This document shows positions 26,492 to 34,520 of a DNA stretch of 34,520 nucleotides, in pieces. The DNA is taken from NCBI GenBank assembly GCA_041288095.1, contig JBGGMJ010000148.1:1-34520 (forward strand), in the 5' to 3' direction. A model generated the notes under the pieces. The model was not told the origin of the DNA and did no database searches. It saw only the letters and a program-made list of their open reading frames with translations. Origin of the DNA: Myxococcota bacterium. Its GTDB lineage: Bacteria > Myxococcota > XYA12-FULL-58-9 > JALHOP01. Made by a program: the position numbers and the translations under genes. Within the stretch, counting starts at the first letter, position 1, and each line of letters opens with the position of its first letter.

Positions 26492-27691
26492 ATGGGAGGC
26501 GTGGTGGACGGCATTCAACGTATGATCACCGCGAACCGTGACCTCGGGGCGCGCATCACCGAGGCGCGCGGCTGGCGCGGAGAGCTGGCGGCGATCCACG
26601 GAGACAGCCGGCACCCGTCTGGGTTCAGCAAACACTTCGTCGATTGGTGTGTGCAGTCCGGTTTAGCGGACGCTGATTTCTTGAAGGCCGGGCGCGCCGG
26701 CTTCGGTGGCTTTACCGAGTATCGGGGCTATAGCCCGCGACCCGCCATCGTGCTCGTCCACGGCAACGGCTGTGACGCGACGGTCATGGCGCCGACCATC
26801 ACCGAGCTGATGCGGCAGGGCTTCGGCCCCCAGGACATCTACGTCGTCAGCTACGGCAAAGGGGATCCCGAGCAGGCGGCGAACGAGACCCACGCGCCCG
26901 CTTACGCGCGCAATCTCCGAACCTTCCTCGATGCGGTCGCCGGTTACACCGGTAGACAGTTGGTCGTCGTCGGCCACTCCAAAGGGGTGACCGACGTCCA
27001 GCTCGCGATCCATGGCGTCAGCATCGACGAGGGCGGCGATGTCGTGCGTTTCGCCAACAAGCTGCCCGTACGCACCTTCATCGGCGCCGCCGGGGCCAAC
27101 CAAGGCTTGAGCGAGTGCCGCACGCTGCCGTTTCTGCCGGTGTCGAACCGCTATAACGGATTTCATCCGGAAGCGAAGCTCTATCAAGTGCTGCCCAAGC
27201 TCGGTAAGGCCGCCGATAGGGTCTTCAGCATGGTGGCGCGCGACGACGAGCTCGAGGACGACGAGCTCAAGACCGCGCAGGTACCGTTCCAGGACGGTCA
27301 GGTGGTCCTCGGGAGCGGCGGCCACATGGCGCCGATCTGGGAGCCTGATGCGCTGGCCTCGCTCATCGCCGACCGGCGTTACGATCTCATCGCCCGCGAC
27401 GCCTACGAATCGATCCGCCCGGGTCTGAAGTACGCCAACCCCTTGTCTCCGTTCGCTCTAGCGGACGCGATGCTCGTTGCCGGGGAGCACTTCCTCGGTG
27501 CTGGTTTCGAAGCCGCTCGCCTCCGCGATCCAGCCATGCGCGCCGGGTGTGGGATTGCGACGCTCTTCGAAGCCGCGCGCGCCGCTTTCCTGCAGATGCC
27601 TCAGGTACCCATGGCGCTGCTCGCGTCCGCCGGCGTGCGCACGCCTGAAGCGGCGGCCATCGCTGGTGAGATCAGCAGGCGGGCTCGTTAG
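26492..27691 (+). CDS. Alpha/beta-hydrolase, class 2 lipase-like
   Basis: IVLVHGNG, FLDAV.GYTG, nucleophile elbow VGHSKG, GAAGANQGL, DDE, GH. No signal peptide. Confidence 0.85.
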   Translation: MGGVVDGIQRMITANRDLGARITEARGWRGELAAIHGDSRHPSGFSKHFVDWCVQSGLADADFLKAGRAGFGGFTEYRGYSPRPAIVLVHGNGCDATVMAPTITELMRQGFGPQDIYVVSYGKGDPEQAANETHAPAYARNLRTFLDAVAGYTGRQLVVVGHSKGVTDVQLAIHGVSIDEGGDVVRFANKLPVRTFIGAAGANQGLSECRTLPFLPVSNRYNGFHPEAKLYQVLPKLGKAADRVFSMVARDDELEDDELKTAQVPFQDGQVVLGSGGHMAPIWEPDALASLIADRRYDLIARDAYESIRPGLKYANPLSPFALADAMLVAGEHFLGAGFEAARLRDPAMRAGCGIATLFEAARAAFLQMPQVPMALLASAGVRTPEAAAIAGEISRRAR

Positions 27692-27717
27692 CGTCGCGGT
27701 GACTCCGGCTCGCGCTC

Positions 27718-28998
27718 TCAGGCCGCCAGCAGCGACGGACGATCCCACTTCGTTTGGAAGGCAGCGATTCGCGGCGCGATGTTCGCGCGCCAGAGCTTGC
27801 CGTTGAAGACGCCGTAGTGGCCGGCTTCGGGCTCGACGTAGTAAGCGCGCTTGGCGGCGGGGATGCCCGTGCAGAGCTCGTGAGCCGCGGAGGTCTGTCC
27901 GACGCCGCAGATGTCGTCTTTACCGCCTTCGATGACGAGCAGCGGGACGTCGATCTTCGAGAGGTCGACGCGGCGGCCGTCGAGGACGAGCTCACCCTTC
28001 GGCAGCAAATGCCGCTGGAAGATCACATCGATCGTCTCGGTGTAGAACTTGCCTTGCAGGTCGAGCAGCGCGTTGTACTCGTCGTAGAACTCGCGGTGCT
28101 TGCGGATGGCCTCCTGCGCCCCGGTGACGAGGGCCCAGAAGTAGTCGATGTGCGCGTTGGCGTGCTTTGCCAGGTTCTGGCCGACGAAGCCTGCCTGTTG
28201 CAGCAGACCGGGCATGACCATGCGGCTGAAGCCGTCATGGCCGAACGGCACCATGTGCAACATGTTGGTCTTGAAGAGCGCCAGTGAGGTCTTGGTCGCG
28301 AAGGCGTTGCACTCTTGCGGGTTGACGCGCGTGTCGACGGGGCCGGCCATGAGCGTCAGTGAACGTGGTTTGCAGTCGTCGGCGTCCTCGCTCATGAAGG
28401 CGACAGCCGCGAGCGCGGCGGGCGAGGGCTGGCAGACGGCGGTGAGATGGCAGCCGGGGCCGGCGACTTTGAGGGCGCGCCGGATATGCGCGACGTTGTC
28501 GGCGAGGCCGAACTCGCCGGCGGCGGCGGGCACCGTGGAGGCGCACTTCCACTCGGTGACGTAGACGTCGCCGCTCTTGAGCATCTCCTGAGCCGTGGCG
28601 CGCAGGAGCGTCGAATGGTGTCCGGACATCGGCGTGACCAGTACGCCGCGCGGTTGACCCGCGAGGCGTTGCTTCAAGGCCGCCGCGGCGGACGGGGCGA
28701 GAGCGGAGGTATCGCGGGTGAACCGCACGAGACGGTAAAACGGGGTCTCGTCGGCGATCTCCTCGCGGATCGGCACCGTGTGGCCGTCGATCTGGACCTC
28801 GCGAATGTTCCACTCGGGCTTCGGATAGACGCGCGTGAGTCGATCGAAAAGGTCAGCCCCCGCGACCAACATCCGGGCTCCGGGTGTCTGCGATAGCGGA
28901 TTTGCCTCGTTGCCCCAGACCGCGGCGGTCATGGCTGCCGCGGCGCGCGCTGGCATGAGTGCAGCTTGACTCGCGTCGTGCCAGAACTTCAGCAGCAT
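27718..28998 (-). CDS. phaZ: Polyhydroxyalkanoate depolymerase, intracellular (Cys-nucleophile) type
   Basis: PMSGHHSTLLR, AVCQP, MAGPVDTRVNP, FYDEY.A..DL...FY.ET, EG.KDDI.G.GQT, GHYGVFNG. Confidence 0.94.
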   Translation of the reverse strand: MLLKFWHDASQAALMPARAAAAMTAAVWGNEANPLSQTPGARMLVAGADLFDRLTRVYPKPEWNIREVQIDGHTVPIREEIADETPFYRLVRFTRDTSALAPSAAAALKQRLAGQPRGVLVTPMSGHHSTLLRATAQEMLKSGDVYVTEWKCASTVPAAAGEFGLADNVAHIRRALKVAGPGCHLTAVCQPSPAALAAVAFMSEDADDCKPRSLTLMAGPVDTRVNPQECNAFATKTSLALFKTNMLHMVPFGHDGFSRMVMPGLLQQAGFVGQNLAKHANAHIDYFWALVTGAQEAIRKHREFYDEYNALLDLQGKFYTETIDVIFQRHLLPKGELVLDGRRVDLSKIDVPLLVIEGGKDDICGVGQTSAAHELCTGIPAAKRAYYVEPEAGHYGVFNGKLWRANIAPRIAAFQTKWDRPSLLAA

Positions 28999-29044
28999 GG
29001 ACCATCCGAATGAACCGCCCGCATGATCACGGGTCTGTTGAGTC

Positions 29045-29071
29045 GTATCGGTCGGCTCGAGCGAGAGTTGC
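29045..29071 (-). promoter_or_regulatory. sigma28-like promoter GCAAC-N14-ACCGATAC
   Basis: 46 nt upstream of the phaZ ATG. Confidence 0.65.
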
Positions 29072-29088
29072 GTGAAACCCCTACAGAG

Positions 29089-31059
29089 TCACAGGTTCTG
29101 ATTCTTGAAGCGGAAGGGGAAGGTAACGTACGCGGGCCCGCCCTTGGGCTGCGGGAAGCTCCATTTGCCGATCGCCTCGCGAACGCAACGCGTCATTTCT
29201 TGCGAGCGCAGCTCGTCGAGCACCACCCGGACACTGCCCGGGCGGACGTTGCCGTTCTCCTCGACGACCCACGACAAATCGAGACGGCCGTCAGCGTCGG
29301 GCTCGGAGGCCTGGCAGCGCTGGACGTCGCGGGCGTGGCGGTTGATCGCCATCTTGACCTCGTTGCCGTCGAGGCGGCCCGGCGGCGCCACGTTGAAGCC
29401 CGCGAAACCACTCTTGTCGACGAGGTTTGCGTTGTTGCCGTTGCGATCGTTGCGCAGAAGGGCGGCGGCGCTCGAGACCGGCGGGCCTTTGCCTTTCTCG
29501 ATCATCGGCTCGGGCACACCACGTAACAAGCCGGAGACGCGGAAGTCACCGATCGAAACCTGCTTGGGGGTCTGGGCTGCCTGGATGGTGGTCACGCCGG
29601 CGTTGGGATCCGGCTTGTGCCGCTTTTGCGGACGAATCGGCACCGGCGGCGCGTCGGCTACCGGCTCATCCGCGATGGCGGATGGAGTCGGAGTCGCGAG
29701 CTCGGGGTTCGTCGTCGTGGCGAGCTCTTCCTTCGGGATCTGCGTGGTGAGCTCCGGCACGGGGATCTCCGGTGGCCGGTCGCGGAAGCCAATCTCGCGG
29801 ACGATGTATTCTTCGTTGGGGATCGGCGTCGTCAAGAACTCGCGCCGATTGCCGGGCATGGCGACGACGACGATGTTCACGACCATGGCGAGCATGGCCG
29901 CCATGACGGCTTCGGGCTTGGGGATCCAGCGCCGCACGTCGAAGCGCTTCACCAGCGGATCGGGCGCCGACACGCAGCGCACGTAGATGGTGTACGGACC
30001 GTAGCTCACCTCGGCGAACTCGCGCGCCGCCACACGCATGCCCACGAGCGGACCGCTGCGGTAGGTGGGGGCGCGTTGATCGCCGCGGTGGAACATCTTC
30101 CACGTCGAGTCTTGCGGCACCTGCACGTCGTAGATGCCGGGGTCGCGGTGGCTCACCAGCGGAAAACGATCGACCGCCGGCACCGTCCACAGCGACTGCG
30201 GGAACGAAGGCTCGTCGCCCCACCAGTAAGTGTCGCCGGGCTTCACCAGCGCCACGTCGTGCAAACGTGATCCGACGGAGACCAGCACCTCGACGACGAC
30301 GCCTCGCCGGTTCATGCGGGCGGTCTCGAGCTGCGCCTCGGCGTTGCGCATGACGCTGATGATCGCCGGCACGTCGTCCGGCACGCGCTCGGCGTCGACG
30401 TCGTCCGCATCGTAGTCGGGGTCCTCTATAGCGGGCGAGCTCAGCTCGTCGTACGAGGGCTCCGGGGCCGCGTGGTTGGTGTCACCGCTGGCGCCGTTGC
30501 TCGAGTCGACACCGTCCGGCGCGTCGCCGGCGTCTTCGACCGAAGGGTCGATGTCGGTGTCCGGGCGAAAGGACGGCTCGCGCACCACGTCTTCGGCGCG
30601 CAGGCTGACCGAGGGGAGGCTGTCTTCGGTGGGAGGCAAGGGCGCCTCGCCCACGTGGGTGTTGGGCGCCTTCTGACCGGCGTTGGTGTCTTCGTCGTCG
30701 TCTTCTTCTTCGTCGTCCTCGACCCAACCTTCCGAGAGCGAGTCGTCAGCGGCTTCCTCCGCGCCTTCGACCGAGCGTGCGCGGATCGCGAAGTCGCAGA
30801 TGGTGACCGTGTGGCTGGGCTCGAGGTCGGCGCGCGCCTGCTGCACGCCGTCGACGCGAATGCCGTTGGTGCTGCCGGCGTCGACGATACGGATGCTGTT
30901 GTTGTCGAAGAAGAGACGCGCGTGGACGCGCGAAACGTGGGTCGAATCGAGGAAGACGTCAGCTTCGGGATCGCGTCCGATCGTGGCAGGGGACGCGCGC
31001 AACCGGACCCTGAGGTACGGCTTTCCCTGCTGGCGAACGCGAACCTCGATTTCCGTCAT
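29089..31059 (-). CDS. FHA domain, single TM and AgmX/PglI (TonB-C-like) C-terminal domain protein, GltG-like
   Basis: FHA motifs IGR, VSR.HA, D.GSTNG; acidic linker; TM AVMAAMLAMVVNIVVVAM; Pro-rich spacer; C-terminal C...W.FP.PKGG...VTFPF. Confidence 0.88.
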   Translation of the reverse strand: MTEIEVRVRQQGKPYLRVRLRASPATIGRDPEADVFLDSTHVSRVHARLFFDNNSIRIVDAGSTNGIRVDGVQQARADLEPSHTVTICDFAIRARSVEGAEEAADDSLSEGWVEDDEEEDDDEDTNAGQKAPNTHVGEAPLPPTEDSLPSVSLRAEDVVREPSFRPDTDIDPSVEDAGDAPDGVDSSNGASGDTNHAAPEPSYDELSSPAIEDPDYDADDVDAERVPDDVPAIISVMRNAEAQLETARMNRRGVVVEVLVSVGSRLHDVALVKPGDTYWWGDEPSFPQSLWTVPAVDRFPLVSHRDPGIYDVQVPQDSTWKMFHRGDQRAPTYRSGPLVGMRVAAREFAEVSYGPYTIYVRCVSAPDPLVKRFDVRRWIPKPEAVMAAMLAMVVNIVVVAMPGNRREFLTTPIPNEEYIVREIGFRDRPPEIPVPELTTQIPKEELATTTNPELATPTPSAIADEPVADAPPVPIRPQKRHKPDPNAGVTTIQAAQTPKQVSIGDFRVSGLLRGVPEPMIEKGKGPPVSSAAALLRNDRNGNNANLVDKSGFAGFNVAPPGRLDGNEVKMAINRHARDVQRCQASEPDADGRLDLSWVVEENGNVRPGSVRVVLDELRSQEMTRCVREAIGKWSFPQPKGGPAYVTFPFRFKNQNL

Positions 31060-31131
31060 GATCCCAGATGTTCCCTGCAGAGAGGCGTTCGGGTTTGGCT
31101 CCCTCGAGGCTTTTGACTATGTAGTCCTAAC

Positions 31132-33180
31132 GTGAAACGCGTCGTTTGCACATTCTTTGCGCTGATCTTGCTTGATTGCGGGATTGCGCCTCGCCTGTTT
31201 CCCCCGCCCGTCATTCCAAAGAGCCCGTCGGCTTCCGACTGGCCTGATGCGGGGGCAGCGATCCTCGAGGACGAGGCGACGCTGGACTATCGTACCACCT
31301 CGGGCGTGGGCGAGCCGGCGCACGGCATCGCCGTTCTAAGTCACCGCCGCCGCATCAAAATTCTCAACAAGGAAGGTTTGACGTATGGCGTCATCGATCT
31401 GCCGGTCGACGCTTACTCGACCGTCACGCGCGTCGATGCCCAATCAGTAAGCCCAGACGGCGCCATCGTCGCCTTCGACCGCGACGATCTCGACATCGGC
31501 ACGTGGCCGAACCTGCCGCAGCACCCCGAGCTCAAGATCCTGCGGGTGAAGGTCCCCGACGTGCAGGTGGGCGGCCTCGTCGACATCTCCTACGAGCGTG
31601 TCTACGTCGACGTCGACATGGTGCCGCCGTGGGTGTTCGCGCAGCGCTTGCCGGTGTTGCGCTCGACCTTCTCGGTCGTCACCAACAAGGACATGAAGGT
31701 CGATCTGCGCGCCGGCGTGGGCAACAAGGTCATCGAGCGTGATCCGCTTCGGCGGACAGCGCAAGACGGCCGTGACCGCTTGGTGTTCGTCGAGAACAAC
31801 GTGCCACCCATCCATTTCGAGCCGTCGGCGCCCCACGACGCGCGTATCGGACCGTGGGTCGCGACCGTCATGGTCTCCTCGGAAATCGGCGGCCAGCGCC
31901 AACGTTTGGCGAGCTGGGAAGACGTGCGCCGCAAGATCGAGGGCATGTTCGCGCTCGTGGACGCCCCCGCGGAGTCGGGTCCAGCGGAGTCACGTTATGC
32001 GCGCGTGCGCGACGCCCTACGCGGAGTCGACGTGCGCGGCCTCGCGACCATCGAGCTCGCCGGCGCGAGCCCACAGCCCGCCGACGTGATGTTGTCAGGC
32101 GCGAGCCCCGCGTGCACGCGCGACGCCGCGGCCATTCTCGCCGGAGCGATGGCGGGCGGTGATCTACCGGCGTACCCGGCGCTCATCACGTCGCCTATCG
32201 GGCCACCGCTGCTCGAGGGTTTCCCCGCCATGTACCCGTTCGTGCGCGCCGTCATCGCGGTCGACGTCGGTGCCCGTGTCGCCGCCGACCCGACATGCAC
32301 CGAAGACCCCGAGAGCCGCGGTCTGTTGTGCAGCGTGGCGCGCGAGAGCTACGCCTTCGTCGATCCGCTCTGCAAATATTGCCGGTTCGGCGAGCTCCCC
32401 AGCGAGCTCACCGGCGGCCGGGCGCTGGTGTTCCTGCCGGACAAGTCACGTTGGGTCGACGTGCCGATCGACGAGCCCGAGCGCAACCGCACGCTCACCG
32501 AGTTCCGCTACGTGTTCGAGGTCGATGGCCGCTTGCACGGCAACATGGCCGGCGAGGCCGTCGGCGCCGTGGCGCGCACTTTCCGCAAACAGATCGTCGA
32601 CGGCATGACCGGCGAGCAGACGCGCGAGCTAGTCTTCAAGGTGCTCACCGGCGGCGAGGGCGAGCTCAAGTACGCTAAAGCGTCCATTTCCGACATCGCC
32701 GACGCCGACAAGCCGCTCAAGCTGCGGGGCACCGTCGAGACCAAGGCACAGAAAGAGGACGACGAGCTCTACACCACGCGCATCATCGACTTCGCCGGCC
32801 CCGCCTTGCCCGGCCGCTTCCGCTCGTTGCGGCGCTATGACGTGTTGCTCGAGGCTCCGGCATGGCTCGACACCAACGTGCAGATCGAGCTGCCGGTCGG
32901 CTACTCGGTAGGCGAGATGTTGCCCGAGGTGCGTATCTCCAAGCCCTTCGCCGAATACGCCTCGGGCTTCGTCATGCGCAACAAGGCGCTCTTGTTCTCG
33001 CGCCGCCTGGTCATCCGCGCCCACCAGCTCGACGCAACGCAATACGAGGAGTTCCGCGAGTTTCTCGACGAGATCGGAACCGCCGAGGGAGCGGCTATCC
33101 GCATCGGCCTGGTCGAGACCCCGATGGCCCCGACGCCGGACCCCAAGACCAAGAGCAAGGGTCGTCGCCGTCCGCGCTGA
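31132..33180 (+). CDS. DUF3857 / transglutaminase-like / DUF3858-type envelope protein
   Basis: DWPDAGAAILEDE, RIKILNKEG, P.VQVGG.VD..Y, W.F...LPV..S, VP....EP.AP, IELP.GY, Y.EFREF. Signal or lipobox-like N-terminus. Confidence 0.8.
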   Translation: MKRVVCTFFALILLDCGIAPRLFPPPVIPKSPSASDWPDAGAAILEDEATLDYRTTSGVGEPAHGIAVLSHRRRIKILNKEGLTYGVIDLPVDAYSTVTRVDAQSVSPDGAIVAFDRDDLDIGTWPNLPQHPELKILRVKVPDVQVGGLVDISYERVYVDVDMVPPWVFAQRLPVLRSTFSVVTNKDMKVDLRAGVGNKVIERDPLRRTAQDGRDRLVFVENNVPPIHFEPSAPHDARIGPWVATVMVSSEIGGQRQRLASWEDVRRKIEGMFALVDAPAESGPAESRYARVRDALRGVDVRGLATIELAGASPQPADVMLSGASPACTRDAAAILAGAMAGGDLPAYPALITSPIGPPLLEGFPAMYPFVRAVIAVDVGARVAADPTCTEDPESRGLLCSVARESYAFVDPLCKYCRFGELPSELTGGRALVFLPDKSRWVDVPIDEPERNRTLTEFRYVFEVDGRLHGNMAGEAVGAVARTFRKQIVDGMTGEQTRELVFKVLTGGEGELKYAKASISDIADADKPLKLRGTVETKAQKEDDELYTTRIIDFAGPALPGRFRSLRRYDVLLEAPAWLDTNVQIELPVGYSVGEMLPEVRISKPFAEYASGFVMRNKALLFSRRLVIRAHQLDATQYEEFREFLDEIGTAEGAAIRIGLVETPMAPTPDPKTKSKGRRRPR

Positions 33181-33209
33181 CGGGAGTTTGTGGTAAGCTC
33201 GGAGGTAAG

Positions 33210-34184
33210 ATGCGGTGGGTGTCGGCCATCCTCGTGGCCTTGTACGTCAATCTCTTGATCGCGCCGGACGTCCTCGCGGCCAAGAGCTCCGCGTCCAAGA
33301 AGTCTTCGAAGTCGAAGACCAGCGAGAAGACCCTCCTCGAGGTCATGGGCTCGGTCGCCGGTGCGACGGTGCTCTTCGACGATCAGGTGCTCGGCGAGAC
33401 GCCGCTCAAGAACAAGGTCGTGCCCGCCAAGACCGGCACGGTCACCGTCCGCAAGCTCGGGTTCCTCGAGTTCAAGCAGAAGGTGACCGTCAAAGCCGGT
33501 GACACCACGAAGGTCACGGCCGACCTTTTGCCCTTCGCTGGCGTCATTCACGTCACCTCGAACGTTAGTCACGCGCAGGTCTCGGTCGACGGCAAGGTCG
33601 TCGGTAGCGTGCCGCTCGATTACGAGGTGAAGATCGGGACGCGTCAGATCACCGTGAGCGTCGCCGGCTACCCTCCGTTTCAGCAGACAGTGCGGGCCAA
33701 CCCCGGCGAGACCTACGACATGCGGGCCGCCTTCGGGAACAAGCCTGGTCAGATCGCGGCGCTTCCCCTCGAGGTCGACGGCTCGGCGCCGCCGTTCCAC
33801 GGGGGCAAGCACGACAACTTGGCGCTCGTCCCGCTCGAAGCGCCGCCGCGCGAGCCGTCGCTCGAGCTGCCTCTCGAGCCGGTGTTGCAGCCGAGCCTCG
33901 TGCCCTCGCTGCTACCGCCCGGCGGCGTCGGCACCGGAGGCACGGGTGAGCTCGCGCTCGAGGGTCTGACGAGCGGTGATCCGATGGAGCCGGGGCTCGC
34001 GCCGCTGACTCTGAACGCTCGCATGGGGCGCCCCAAGCCTTGGTACAAGGAGTGGTGGGCGATTACCGGCGCGGGCGCGCTCGCGGTGGTCGGCGTCGTT
34101 GCCATCGTCCTCATCGCCAAGGGCGGTGGCGGTCCGGAGGAGATTCCTCCGGACGTCAGCTGGCAACCGAACCCGCTGGATTAG
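33210..34184 (+). CDS. PEGA domain protein with C-terminal membrane anchor
   Basis: GGAGG RBS; signal peptide; two PEGA repeats (GA.V..D....G.TPL…K.GF; S.V..AQVSVDG..VG.VPL…GY); KPWYKEWW followed by a TM helix. Confidence 0.9.
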   Translation: MRWVSAILVALYVNLLIAPDVLAAKSSASKKSSKSKTSEKTLLEVMGSVAGATVLFDDQVLGETPLKNKVVPAKTGTVTVRKLGFLEFKQKVTVKAGDTTKVTADLLPFAGVIHVTSNVSHAQVSVDGKVVGSVPLDYEVKIGTRQITVSVAGYPPFQQTVRANPGETYDMRAAFGNKPGQIAALPLEVDGSAPPFHGGKHDNLALVPLEAPPREPSLELPLEPVLQPSLVPSLLPPGGVGTGGTGELALEGLTSGDPMEPGLAPLTLNARMGRPKPWYKEWWAITGAGALAVVGVVAIVLIAKGGGGPEEIPPDVSWQPNPLD

Positions 34185-34210
34185 CTTCCCGCGACCGCCG
34201 TCGTGTCGAG

Positions 34211-34520
34211 TCAGTGCGGCGCCAGCGTCAGGTCGTAGCGCACCAGCGGCGAGCGCACCGCGATCGCGTCGTAGAGCCGATGCGCGGCCGCGTTGTCCGC
34301 CTGCGTCATCCAGTAGATCTTGAGCCACCCCGCGCGGCGCCCGATCGCGGTCAGCGCGTCGATCAGCGCGCGCCCGAGGCCGCGCCCGCGCGCCTGGGGC
34401 TTCACGTAGAGATCCTGCAGGTAGCAGACGGCGCGCGTGCTCCAGCCGTAAGGGTGGGTGACGAACAGCAGGAACCCCACCGCCGCGCCGCCGGAATCGG
34501 CGGCGATCAGGCACTCCATC
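34211..34520 (-). CDS. GNAT family N-acetyltransferase (5' end outside the window)
   Basis: CYLQDLYV.PQARGRGLGRALI, YWMTQADN..A.RLYD. Confidence 0.92.
   Translation of the reverse strand, partial: MECLIAADSGGAAVGFLLFVTHPYGWSTRAVCYLQDLYVKPQARGRGLGRALIDALTAIGRRAGWLKIYWMTQADNAAAHRLYDAIAVRSPLVRYDLTLAPH

Noticed and set aside
32862..33209. Extended 440-aa version of the PEGA ORF
   Set aside because: Overlaps the DUF3857 gene; the GGAGG RBS and signal peptide support ATG 33210.
1..34520. CRISPR array, IS element or prophage
   Set aside because: No regularly spaced DNA repeats, transposase or phage genes seen; the repeats found are protein-level.

Overview
GC-rich bacterial chromosomal window, most likely Myxococcota (MYXO-CTERM-like tail, FHA-AgmX/PglI protein, PEGA protein, FadL-like barrel). 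It holds a purine-catabolism cluster (puuD, uraH, uraD, puuE, alc, allA, an adenosine deaminase and a degenerate nucleobase permease), malic enzyme, TerC, an MFS transporter, tRNA-Arg(CCG), PHB depolymerase and envelope genes. About a dozen orphan or enzyme genes are interleaved among these. The main unexplained structure is a recurrent sigma28/FliA-like promoter motif (GCAAC-N14-15-[G/C/A][C/T/G]CGA[T/A]A[A/C]) upstream of 11-12 of those genes. Most of their products lack Sec signals and many begin with Ser/Thr/Pro/Ala-rich N-termini, suggesting a dispersed, co-regulated (predation or attack-phase) effector regulon. One member is an apparent BPI/LBP-like lipid-binding surface protein translationally coupled to a FadL-type channel. 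A 35-bp promoter element is duplicated upstream of puuE and uraD, where an antisense orphan splits the usual purine operon. No CRISPR array, integrase or transposase was seen. All family assignments are from motif recognition by eye, not database searches.
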